Source: an uncultured Alphaproteobacteria bacterium
Lineage (GTDB): Bacteria; Pseudomonadota; Alphaproteobacteria; Dongiales; Dongiaceae
Direction of reading: 5' to 3'
DNA: 64,000 bases
Assembly (NCBI GenBank): GCA_963724385.1
Contig: CAVRUJ010000001.1
Span: 1,154,896-1,218,895, forward strand
Part shown: positions 9,279 through 17,646 of the stretch, piece after piece
How the letters are laid out: each line of letters starts with the position of its first letter
Position numbering within the stretch: position 1 is the first letter of the stretch
Notes under the pieces: generated by a model
What the model was told of the DNA's origin: nothing
Database searches by the model: none
Seen by the model: only the letters and a program-made list of their open reading frames with translations
Translations under genes and position numbers: made by a program

Positions 9279-10062
9279 TCAATCGAAGCCAACGCCCAGG
9301 CGGCCCAGCCCTGGGAACTCGGCGATGAGGCGGTCGCTCGGAGCGATGGCAACCGGCGTCAGGCATGTGCCGGTGGTCACGATTTGGCCGGCCTTCAATC
9401 CATCGCCCCGTTTCGAGCGTTCGTTGGCGAGCCAGGTGAGGGCGATGCGGGGATCGCCGAGGGCATCGGCGCCCTGGCCTTGTCCGGCGACACCGCCGTT
9501 GCGCAGCATGCGCACCGGCTGGCTGGGCAGGTCGATCCTCCGCCAGTCGGATACTTCGGGCCCCAGGATGAACCAGGCGGCGAAGGCGTCGTCGGCGACG
9601 ATCTGTGCCGGGCCTGCTTCGGCAAAACGCTCCAACCGGGCATCAGGCACCTCGATGGCGAGATGCATGCCGGCGACCGCTTTCACGACCTCTCCCAGCT
9701 CATAGGCGCGGGACCGAGAAGGCAGGTCCTGCCCCAGGCGAAAGGCAAACTCCGCCTCGGCCACGCGCATCAACATGGGACCGGCCGCGAGCCTGGCGCC
9801 ATCGCCGAGCACGAAATCGGCGAACAACCGGCCGGCGAGGGGCTCACTGACGCCGATGTGACGCTGGCCTGCCGCGCTGGTCGCCGCGATCTTCCAGCCG
9901 AGCACGGGCTGGCGGGCCAGCCCCGCCATGGCGTCCTGCACGGCATAGCCCCCGGGCCAGCGACCCTGGCCGGCAATGGGCGGGAAGCTCCGTCAGCCGG
10001 CGCTTTTCGAGGCGCGCTCGCCAGAGGATTTCGGCGGCTTCCGCTATGGCGGTTTCATTCAT
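9279..10062 (-). pseudogene. 2-keto-4-pentenoate hydratase-like (FAH superfamily) gene with a 1-nt frameshift
   Basis: The N-terminus MNETAIAEAAEILWRARLEKRRLTELPA lies in ORF 9844..10104. The rest (..YAVQDAMAGLARQPVLGWKIA...GQIVTTGT) lies in ORF 9279..9941. Removing one C from the C5 run at 9949-9953 restores ..SLARGYAVQDAM.. Confidence 0.7.
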
Positions 10063-10107
10063 CGGACTGCGCTCTCCCTCGACTATGGATTCACGCATCG
10101 CCACGGA

Positions 10108-11316
10108 TCAGATCAAGCATTCGTGCATCAGGTATTTGCCGCTGGGCGCTCGCGGTATCTCGCTCACGCGCCGGCAGCGGATCCGGAAACGCGGGGACAG
10201 GTATTTGTCGACGACATCCTGCGCCGCGGCCTCCGCGATTTCGACCCCGTCGGTCCTGGGCACATAGTGCAGTTCCACGTCGAAGAAGCCGGTCTGGAAC
10301 AGCTTGAATTGCCGCACGCCCAGAAGCAGCGATGTGTCGGCGGGAAGCATTGCCGCCACTCTCGTTCCATCCGGCAACTTGAACAGACACGACTCGCGGC
10401 CGATGACGCGCCGGATGGCGCATGCTGAGCGCGGGCAGCCGCTCGGCTCGCCGGCCACGGCATAGTCGCCGGTCTCGTAGCGGATCAGCGGCATGGCCCT
10501 GTTGAAGAGCGGGGTGACGACCACGCGGCCCATTTGGTCTGGCCCGGCCGGGCGGCCATTCTCGCCGACAAGCTCGAGGACCAGGTGCCGGTCGGCCGGG
10601 TGATAGGCATCGCAAAGCGGGCACTGCGCCGCTATCAGCCCCGCTTCGACGCAGCCATAGGTATCCACCAGCCGGCATCCGGGAATCTGCCCGACGAGCC
10701 GGCGCAACTCGTCTGAAACCACTTCGGAGACCGTCGAAACGAGCCGGAGGGACAGGGGTTGCGCGCTCTCGGCGAGCTGCTGCAGCGCCGCCTGCATGAT
10801 GGAGGGGAAGGCCACCGCCAGGGTGGCGGATGTGCGACGAAAGAGGTCGAAGGCGGCGGGACCATCAAGGGTGGCAAGCTTCCATTTCTCGGCGCCGTTC
10901 TTCAGGCTCTGCCGCTCCAACTTGCCGACAGGATGATCCTCGTCCGGGAACTCGATCTCGGCGACGCGCCGATGGCTGGCGAGGTCCCAACCCTGCATCA
11001 GGCGACGGTTTTCGGCGACGTTGGTTTGGAAGTGGCGCTGGGTCTTGCGGGTGAGCATCGGCTCGCCGGTCGACCCAGAGGTGCGCCTGGCTATGACTTT
11101 GCCTTCGCTTGGCGCGACGTGGCTCGAGAAAAATCGCTCCGTGTCTTCCCTCACCAGCCGTTTGCCCGTGATCGGAATTTCGTGGAAATCGATCATCAAG
11201 CCGCTGCGCAGGCGCTTGGCCCATTCCTGGTCCCGGTAATAGGGGGAATGGGCCGCCGCGTCGGACAGCATGGCGCTAAGCGCTGCCGGGAGCTCGGGTC
11301 CGATCTTGGCTTCCAT
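10108..11316 (-). CDS. phenylacetate-CoA ligase / coenzyme F390 synthetase-like acyl-adenylate-forming enzyme
   Basis: RRTSGSTGEPM (AMP-binding loop) and YETGDYAV motifs. The start is placed at Met24 (11316). The upstream ATG at 11385 is also possible. Confidence 0.8.
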   Translation of the reverse strand: MEAKIGPELPAALSAMLSDAAAHSPYYRDQEWAKRLRSGLMIDFHEIPITGKRLVREDTERFFSSHVAPSEGKVIARRTSGSTGEPMLTRKTQRHFQTNVAENRRLMQGWDLASHRRVAEIEFPDEDHPVGKLERQSLKNGAEKWKLATLDGPAAFDLFRRTSATLAVAFPSIMQAALQQLAESAQPLSLRLVSTVSEVVSDELRRLVGQIPGCRLVDTYGCVEAGLIAAQCPLCDAYHPADRHLVLELVGENGRPAGPDQMGRVVVTPLFNRAMPLIRYETGDYAVAGEPSGCPRSACAIRRVIGRESCLFKLPDGTRVAAMLPADTSLLLGVRQFKLFQTGFFDVELHYVPRTDGVEIAEAAAQDVVDKYLSPRFRIRCRRVSEIPRAPSGKYLMHECLI

Positions 11317-11406
11317 GATCGGGCTTCTGGTAACCCGGCCACGGCCGGCAGTCCAGATGGCGCCAAATGACGGCGCATCCTCCAAGTCCGCCCCACGACC
11401 GGGCCG

Positions 11407-12342
11407 TCAGACTCTCGGCAGGGTGAGCCAGCCCTTGGGCAGCAGGTCGGGGGTCGAAGGCAGATAGGTAAACCACGGATCGGGGGCGATCACGACCTGG
11501 TCAGGATGGCCGGCGAGCCAGGCGCCCCACCAGCTGAGTGAGGAATTGGCGATGATATGGTGCCGGCAGGCCGCCATCAGCCGCAGGTCCTCGACCGCCG
11601 CGTCAGGGCCGTTGGCGTCCACAAAATGGATGCCGGGTCCGCGAAAATTCTCCCGGCACCACTGGTGATCGTCGCTGAACATGAAGAACTCGACATCCCG
11701 GTGTTGCCCCAGGATCTGGCGCATCGCCCTTTCGTAGTAGCCGAGGGAGCAGAGCCCGTGGAGCTGCTGCTCTCGGGCGAGCAGATAGTCGCCTCGGCGG
11801 ACATGGACGCAGACCGCATTCGCCCCGCCGATCCGCGCGAGCCAATCGCGGTTGGCCCCGGGCGGTGGCGCTGGGCGCTGGAGCTCGCGTCTTATCGTCT
11901 CTGCCGCGGGCTCGAAATACCGGTAGGACTGCCAATAGCCGGCAAGGTAAGTCGAGCCGGCAAGCCGCTCGAATTGGGGATCGTAGTCGAAGCCCTTCTG
12001 GATGAAGACGTTCAGGCGCGGTCGCCGGAAACCCCCATCTTTGCTTGCCGTGAAGATGTGGCCGACCAGTCTCAGGGCGCGTTCAGCCGGGCTCGCGCTG
12101 TCGGGGAGCGGGACCGGGCCTTTGCGCGGTCCCTTCCGAAATCCGCGCCATGCGACCGTCGCCTGGATCGGGTAGCGATCGAGCGCGAACGGCCGCTGGC
12201 AATAGCCGGTGCCAAAGGCCGTGGCATCGAGGACGAGATTGGCGTCGAGCCGACTGGCGAGGGCTCGGCCCGCCGCATATTGGAACAGTTGGTTGCCCAG
12301 GCCGCCCAGGAGATGGGTGGCTACATAGACCGGTGCCGGCAT
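11407..12342 (-). CDS. glycosyltransferase family 11 (alpha-1,2-fucosyltransferase-like)
   Basis: ORF trimmed to the ATG at 12342 (GGGAGA upstream). It has HLLGGLGNQLFQYAAGRALA and the HVRRGDY motif typical of GT11. Confidence 0.85.
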   Translation of the reverse strand: MPAPVYVATHLLGGLGNQLFQYAAGRALASRLDANLVLDATAFGTGYCQRPFALDRYPIQATVAWRGFRKGPRKGPVPLPDSASPAERALRLVGHIFTASKDGGFRRPRLNVFIQKGFDYDPQFERLAGSTYLAGYWQSYRYFEPAAETIRRELQRPAPPPGANRDWLARIGGANAVCVHVRRGDYLLAREQQLHGLCSLGYYERAMRQILGQHRDVEFFMFSDDHQWCRENFRGPGIHFVDANGPDAAVEDLRLMAACRHHIIANSSLSWWGAWLAGHPDQVVIAPDPWFTYLPSTPDLLPKGWLTLPRV

Positions 12343-12351
12343 GGTCTCCCT

Positions 12352-12459
12352 AGTACCGGCTTTCGCAGAAAGTCGGTACATCGTTTTAGGTCCAAGGACC
12401 GGATTCATGCGGAAAATCGAGACCAAGCCGGAGTCACGGATTTCTGCGATCCGGTACTT
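12352..12459 (+). repeat. REP/MITE-like structured intergenic repeat, copy 1
   Basis: About 75 % identical by eye to 30321..30430, in the same orientation. It contains the hairpin TACCGGCTTTC gca GAAAGTCGGTA and a second imperfect long hairpin. Its ends are AGTACCGG ... CCGGTACT. Confidence 0.7.
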
Positions 12460-12558
12460 GGGACTTGGTCTGCCCTTCGTTCAATGCAATGGAGGCCGAT
12501 TCGCCTTCGGGAGTAAGCTTGCCCGAAGCGCTCCCCTGCTCTGTCACGGAGAGAGCCG

Positions 12559-13062
12559 GTGCACCAGCCGCCGCCGCAGATCGCTTCCGAAACCCTGCGC
12601 CAATTGTCCGCCTATTGGGACCGGCTCAGAGCCGGGCGGGCCTGTCCCTCCTGGTCCGAGATCGACCCGGCCGAGATGAAGACGCTGCTGCCCCACATCC
12701 TCGTGGCGGAGTTTCTCAGCGATCCTTTCGACGTGCGGTTTCGCCTAGTCGGCACGATGATCGTCGAGGCCTATGGCGAGGACTTCATGGGCAGGAACCT
12801 CCGCTCCTTGGAGCCGACGGGCGGCGTCGACCTGTGGCTCGAACTCTACTCCCGCCTCGTGGAAGAGCGCGTCCCGGTTTACGGTCGATACAGCCTCAGT
12901 TCGGACTATGTGCAAACCCAATACGTCGACGCGGGCATCTTCCCGCTTTCCGCGGACGGCGTGAAGGTGGACAAGGCCATCGAGTTGGAAGACTGGAGCC
13001 AGGCGGCGACGCTGGCGCCGAGCGTGCTCATGCACCCGGCCTGGCGGTTCGATCCCCTGTGA
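12559..13062 (+). CDS. single-domain PAS-like protein (alphaproteobacterial DUF1457-type)
   Basis: GTG start. LRQLSAYWDRLRAGRACPSWSEIDPAEMKTLLPHILV...FRLVGTMIVEAYGEDFMGRNL is the characteristic pattern of this family. Confidence 0.7.
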   Translation: MHQPPPQIASETLRQLSAYWDRLRAGRACPSWSEIDPAEMKTLLPHILVAEFLSDPFDVRFRLVGTMIVEAYGEDFMGRNLRSLEPTGGVDLWLELYSRLVEERVPVYGRYSLSSDYVQTQYVDAGIFPLSADGVKVDKAIELEDWSQAATLAPSVLMHPAWRFDPL

Positions 13063-13080
13063 GTTCGATCCCTGCTGAAC

Positions 13081-13239
13081 TCAATCCCCCGGCCAGACGG
13101 CCCAGGCGGCGCCGACGAATCCCAGGGCCGGAAGCATCCAGAAGCGCGCCGGGGTGCTGTAAAGGTTGGAGAAGCCCAATTTGATCGCGTTGTAGGCGAG
13201 GACGCCCGCGATCCCCAGGAAGACGAGCGACAACATCAT
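13081..13239 (-). CDS. 52-aa two-TM membrane peptide downstream of ATPase 2 (below the ORF-track cutoff)
   Basis: Manual read: MMLSLVFLGIAGVLAYNAIKLGFSNLYSTPARFWMLPALGFVGAAWAVWPGD. The ATG lies 37 nt after the ATPase stop, with GTGAGG upstream. Confidence 0.35.
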   Translation of the reverse strand: MMLSLVFLGIAGVLAYNAIKLGFSNLYSTPARFWMLPALGFVGAAWAVWPGD

Positions 13240-13276
13240 GCGCGCGAGCCTCACGGCCTGGTCCTCGCCTGCGCAC

Positions 13277-14785
13277 TCATGCTTCCGGGGCGCTGGTGTA
13301 GAGATTGTCGAGGGCGGTCGCCACGAGCGCCTCGCTCATCTCCGGGGCGCGTTTGGCAAAACTGCAGGCGTCGACCACATGGTCGACGATGAAGCGCGGT
13401 TGATAGCAGGCGAGCGGCGAATGGCGCCGGCCTTGCAGTTCCTCAACCAGCCAGGCGAACACCGCGTCGTCGAAGGGCAGCCGGCGCAACGCCGCCGCCC
13501 GGATGAAGATCTCGCGATAGCGCTCCAGCGACGGGGCGCCTAGCCTGATCTTATAGGGAATGCGGCGCAGGAACGCCGCGTCGGTCAGGTCCTCGGGCGC
13601 CAAATTCGTGCAGAAGATCACCAGCTCGTCGAAGGGGACCGAGAACGTGGCGCCGCTGTTCAGCTTGAGGTAGTCGATTTTCTCCTCGAGCGGGATCATC
13701 CAGCGGTTCAGCAGGTCCTTCGGGCGCACATATTGCCGGCCGAAATCGTCGATGACGAAGACGCCGCCCACGGCCTTGATATGGAGCGGCGCCTCATAGA
13801 AATTCGTCGACTCGCTGTACCGGAGATCCAGCATGTCGAGGGTGAATTCGCCGCCGGTGATCACCAGCGGGCGCCGGCAGGCGACCCAGCGCCGGTCGAA
13901 ATCCTCCCGGCGGATGACCATGTCGGGGGCGTCCTGGGGTCCGGCCCGGCCGATCTCCTCATGGATCTTGGGATCGAAGATCTTGACGATCTGGCCGCTC
14001 ACCTCGATGCAGTGGGGAATATAGATTACGTCCGAGAAGACGCGGTTGACCCGGCGCGCGATCGAGCTCTTGCCGTTGCCCGGCGGACCGTAGAGCAGGA
14101 TCGAACGGCCGGCCTTGACCGCGGGCCCGATCCGCTGCTTCAGGTCGTCGGTCAGCACCATGTCGTCGAAGGCGTCGCTCAAGTGCGATCCTTCGATCTG
14201 CTCGTTGCTCAGTTTTTGCATGGCAACGCGATCGCGATAGGCCCGAAGGCTGACGGGCACCGGGCCGATGTACTGGTTGCGGTCGAGAGCATCGCCCACC
14301 GCGTTCCGCCCGGCGCCGGTCAGGGAATATGTGAGGACCGGGATGGCGCCGCGCCGGTTGGAGCCCGTCACCTTGAGGAGCTTGCGCTCGACCGCCTCCT
14401 CCACCAGGTTCACGACCACATTGCCCGGCAGGCAGAGGAGTTCGGCAAGCGCCGGGGTGTTGTCGGCTCCAGCGCGGTGCAGGGCCTTGAGAAGCATGGC
14501 GACGAGGGTCGAGCGCGTGATCTCCGTGTCTTCCGCCGTGGCCGGCATGACCGGCCGGGCGGCAGGCTGCAAAGCGACGATCTGCTCCGGCGTCACGAGC
14601 TTCAGGGCGACCAGGTTCTCGGCGAGCTCGCCGCCGCGCGAGTGCCCGCGCTCGACCGCGCGCTCGACATCGGCGGGCTCCACCATGCCCTTGGCGACGA
14701 GAAGTTCCTCCAGACGCATGAAGCCTTGCTCCGGCTCAGATTGAGACAAGACAACACCCCCCGCTTCCGCGAAGCCGTCGCTCAT
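13277..14785 (-). CDS. AAA+ ATPase, paralogue of 7666..9132, with a degenerate MshEN-like N-terminus
   Basis: GPPGNGKSS, VIDDFGRQ, CTN and FLRR motifs. It is colinear with ATPase 1 throughout. An alternative start at Met23 (14719, MRLEELLV) aligns with the start of ATPase 1. Confidence 0.85.
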   Translation of the reverse strand: MSDGFAEAGGVVLSQSEPEQGFMRLEELLVAKGMVEPADVERAVERGHSRGGELAENLVALKLVTPEQIVALQPAARPVMPATAEDTEITRSTLVAMLLKALHRAGADNTPALAELLCLPGNVVVNLVEEAVERKLLKVTGSNRRGAIPVLTYSLTGAGRNAVGDALDRNQYIGPVPVSLRAYRDRVAMQKLSNEQIEGSHLSDAFDDMVLTDDLKQRIGPAVKAGRSILLYGPPGNGKSSIARRVNRVFSDVIYIPHCIEVSGQIVKIFDPKIHEEIGRAGPQDAPDMVIRREDFDRRWVACRRPLVITGGEFTLDMLDLRYSESTNFYEAPLHIKAVGGVFVIDDFGRQYVRPKDLLNRWMIPLEEKIDYLKLNSGATFSVPFDELVIFCTNLAPEDLTDAAFLRRIPYKIRLGAPSLERYREIFIRAAALRRLPFDDAVFAWLVEELQGRRHSPLACYQPRFIVDHVVDACSFAKRAPEMSEALVATALDNLYTSAPEA

Positions 14786-14965
14786 CTGACAACGCTTAAT
14801 TGATCACACTATTCCGCCGCCTTGAGAAGATTCAAATTCGCCGGCGGCGGATTTCAAAATTCCGCTGAAAACGACGCTTTTCTCGATTGGTTGGGAGGAT
14901 TATTTATGTAATACAATAGGTTATATCCGAACTGCCGCGCCCTTCAAACCTGAGCTGGCGGCCAG

Positions 14966-16366
14966 TCAGGAACCTGCCGGGTGGAATGCGGCCCTTGCGT
15001 CCGACTCCCTGACTGCGGCCATGCCCGCCCTCGCTTCATCTTGCGCCGAGCGTCGGGCCCTGGCCGCGAAGCTCCAGGCAAGCGGGCTTCTAGGCTTCAG
15101 CTCTGTCCGTTCCGAGGCAAGTCCGCTGGCAATTCCGCCAAGCCCGGCCCGGATCGCGGCTTCCAGCAATGTCAGGCTGAGGGCATCCCGCTGGGCGTGG
15201 CTGCCGCCGAATCGGTGGGCGATGGGCCTGAGGCGCATCAAAACCTCGACCGCCGTTCCGTAGTCGGCGCGGGCGAAGGCAAGGAGCGCGCGGCACAACG
15301 GAAGCCCCACCTCGGCCACGAGCGCGGCGTTGGTGCCGGGCTCGGTGGCCCGTCTTTCCAGCCGGGCGAGCAGTGCCGCGGCCGCGTCGTCCCGGCCGCC
15401 GCCGATGAAGGCCATCATGGCGTGGGCATCGTTGAAGGCGTAGTAGCCGTCCTCTGCCTTGCCGGCCCAGGCATCGGCCAGTTCCCGCCAGCGCTGGCCG
15501 ACCGGTGCTCCGCGCAGGTAGAGACGCCAGAGCAGGGCCGAGGCGTCGACCATCTCCAGGGCGATTTCCGAAGGTCGCGGCCGGATCTGCTTGTCGTAGA
15601 TGGCAAGCACCCGATCCCATTCATCGAGGTCGAAATGGTAGAGGGCGAGATGCCACCAGTTGTGAAACGCGAAGCCGTTGTCTTCGGCCCAGTCCTGGCT
15701 TCGGCCGGTGAGCCAGTCGATGCCCTCGTCGAGCCGCGCCTGCATTTCCATGACGTGAGCCACGGCGTGAATCGACCACGGGTCGCGCCGGTTTAGAGCA
15801 AGCGCCTGGCGGCCCCGCTCCTCGGCCCTTGGGTAGTCGCCCATCTCTTCGAGGCCGAAGGCATGCATGCCAAGCACGTAGCCGTAGCCTGGGACGCTCT
15901 CGTCCCAGGCCCAAAGCGTCCGGGCGACGCGGTCGCGCAGCTGGCTCGATTGCCCTAGATAGAAGTCACCGAGGTGCGCGAGCTGGAGGGCGAGGCTGTC
16001 GCGCGGATAGTCGGCCAGGATGGCGCCGTAGAGCTCGACCGCGCGGTCGAACTCGCCGCACGCCCAGGCGCGCGCCGCTGTGATATGGCCGCGCTCACGT
16101 TCGTTCGCCTGATCCCACAGGGCTTCGGCGGCGGCCACGCTTTGCTCGAGCGCGGCTTCGGCGCTCTTATCCGTGGCGCTCAGCATGAGGCCGGCCCGGA
16201 AGCAGTGGCCCAGGACGAAATCGGGATCTTCGGCCAGGGCGGCATCGATGGCGGCCAGGGGGTCGTTGAAGTAGCTGTGAAACAAGTCGATCGCGTCTTC
16301 GTAGCGATCGAGGGCGCGCCGGTTGCCGGTGGAAACCGGAACCCCGCGCCGGTCCTGCAAGGCCAT
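14966..16366 (-). CDS. tetratricopeptide-repeat protein (TTC38-like)
   Basis: ORF trimmed to Met19 (ATG 16366, GGAGAG upstream). Helical repeat sequence runs throughout (ALDRYEDAIDLFHSYF..., YPRAEERGRQALAL...). Confidence 0.75.
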   Translation of the reverse strand: MALQDRRGVPVSTGNRRALDRYEDAIDLFHSYFNDPLAAIDAALAEDPDFVLGHCFRAGLMLSATDKSAEAALEQSVAAAEALWDQANERERGHITAARAWACGEFDRAVELYGAILADYPRDSLALQLAHLGDFYLGQSSQLRDRVARTLWAWDESVPGYGYVLGMHAFGLEEMGDYPRAEERGRQALALNRRDPWSIHAVAHVMEMQARLDEGIDWLTGRSQDWAEDNGFAFHNWWHLALYHFDLDEWDRVLAIYDKQIRPRPSEIALEMVDASALLWRLYLRGAPVGQRWRELADAWAGKAEDGYYAFNDAHAMMAFIGGGRDDAAAALLARLERRATEPGTNAALVAEVGLPLCRALLAFARADYGTAVEVLMRLRPIAHRFGGSHAQRDALSLTLLEAAIRAGLGGIASGLASERTELKPRSPLAWSFAARARRSAQDEARAGMAAVRESDARAAFHPAGS

Positions 16367-16476
16367 GTTCCACTCTCCTTCCTCGCCGGCGGGGCGGCCC
16401 ATCGGGACCCGCCCGTGCATCGGCGATCTTGCGCTACATCAAAGCACCGGTTTTCCCTGCCTGCGATTATTGCAGC

Positions 16477-16674
16477 ATGGAAGAGGTGGACGCCAATGTC
16501 GTGGCGATTGCGAGGGCCATGCTACGCGCCTTCGGCGCGCGCGCCAGTACGGTGATGCGCAAGCGCATCCGGGACCATGAGCGAGCCGGAGAAAAGGAGG
16601 GCGCCGAATTCTGGATTCGCGTCGAACAGGCGATCGATCGCCTGAGGACCGGCGCCAAGTCCAACGAGGGCTGA
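16477..16674 (+). CDS. small hypothetical protein (65 aa)
   Basis: ORF 16429..16674 trimmed to the ATG at 16477 (MEEVDANVVAIARAML...). Helical sequence, no family recognised. Confidence 0.4.
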   Translation: MEEVDANVVAIARAMLRAFGARASTVMRKRIRDHERAGEKEGAEFWIRVEQAIDRLRTGAKSNEG

Positions 16675-16712
16675 TCTAGGCCTGCCCGCGCGGTCACGTG
16701 GCCCTATGATTG

Positions 16713-17027
16713 TCAGAACCAGCCGAAGTGGGGCAACTCGATTTCGCCCATGCTGACGGCGACGCTTACGGCGCCCACCGCTACGATGAACAGCAGGATC
16801 GGCCAGAGGAGCCGGCGGCCGATCTTTCCGGCGGAGGAATCGTGGGCGGCGAGCCAATGCTCGACAAAGGATCGAGGCGGGTAGGGTGGCTCCGGTACCA
16901 GTCCATAGAAGGCCGCGTCGGCATCGTGGCCGGAACCAACGCGCAGCAGCAGCCGCACTGACGCGGCGCCTCGGCGCTCTAGCGCCCGCTCCCAGTGGGC
17001 ATGAAGGTTGTCGGTATCCCTCGGCAA
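16713..17027 (-). CDS. hypothetical protein with a C-terminal TM anchor
   Basis: TTG start only, so the start is uncertain. The C-terminal segment LLWPILLFIVAVGAVSVAV is hydrophobic. Confidence 0.35.
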   Translation of the reverse strand: MPRDTDNLHAHWERALERRGAASVRLLLRVGSGHDADAAFYGLVPEPPYPPRSFVEHWLAAHDSSAGKIGRRLLWPILLFIVAVGAVSVAVSMGEIELPHFGWF

Positions 17028-17249
17028 TCCGGTCTCGGCTCCTTGCCTAACACGGCCTCCGGCCTGGATGCCCTCAACAAGGCGCTATCGGCCCCGGCCT
17101 GTCAAGATTGGCCGTCCGGCCAGCCGCGGTCGCCCCAGGCCTTGCCGTTCATCGCCTTTCGCAGGCTCATCCGAAGCATATAGAGCTTCCTGGCCAAGAA
17201 TTGCTTAACCGGCAGGCTTCGATGCCGGCGCCGTTCCACCTGCGGCGGC

Positions 17250-17456
17250 CTATTCGAGTTCGATGTCGCCCTCGATGACGAGGTCGAGGGCCGTGCCGCC
17301 GAGAGTAAGCCGGGCCTTGGCCGGGAGTTTTTCGCCGCCCTTCAGGCTTCCCGCCGCCAGCCCCTCGCGCACCGCTTCCTCGATGGCGCGCTGGGCCGTG
17401 ATGCCGACCTTCTTCAGGAATTTGCGCAGGCTCATGTTGAGAACATCGTCGTTCAT
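17250..17456 (-). CDS. small conserved hypothetical protein (resembles the DUF6494 type, from memory)
   Basis: ORF trimmed to MNDDVLNMSLRKFLKKVGITAQRAIEEAV...GDIELE. The family assignment is unverified. Confidence 0.5.
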   Translation of the reverse strand: MNDDVLNMSLRKFLKKVGITAQRAIEEAVREGLAAGSLKGGEKLPAKARLTLGGTALDLVIEGDIELE

Positions 17457-17646
17457 CCAAAGGTTCCTTTCCACTTGGCCTTGGCCATCCGCTGGCGGGC
17501 CGGCCCCGCGATGGCGCCTCGTAAATCAACGAAGAGCACTTGCCAGGGAGCCAGCCGATTGGGCTATGGTTGATCTATCTCAACCCGCACCTGCCGCTCC
17601 ATCGGCAATAATAGCAAGTCGCATCACCCAGATCCGGAGGATCACT

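Noticed and set aside
12341-12679. ORFs 12341..12679 and 30274..30573 with similar N-termini (..ESRYIVL..)
   Set aside because: The similarity comes from translating the two copies of the non-coding structured repeat. No RBS or coherent downstream protein is present.
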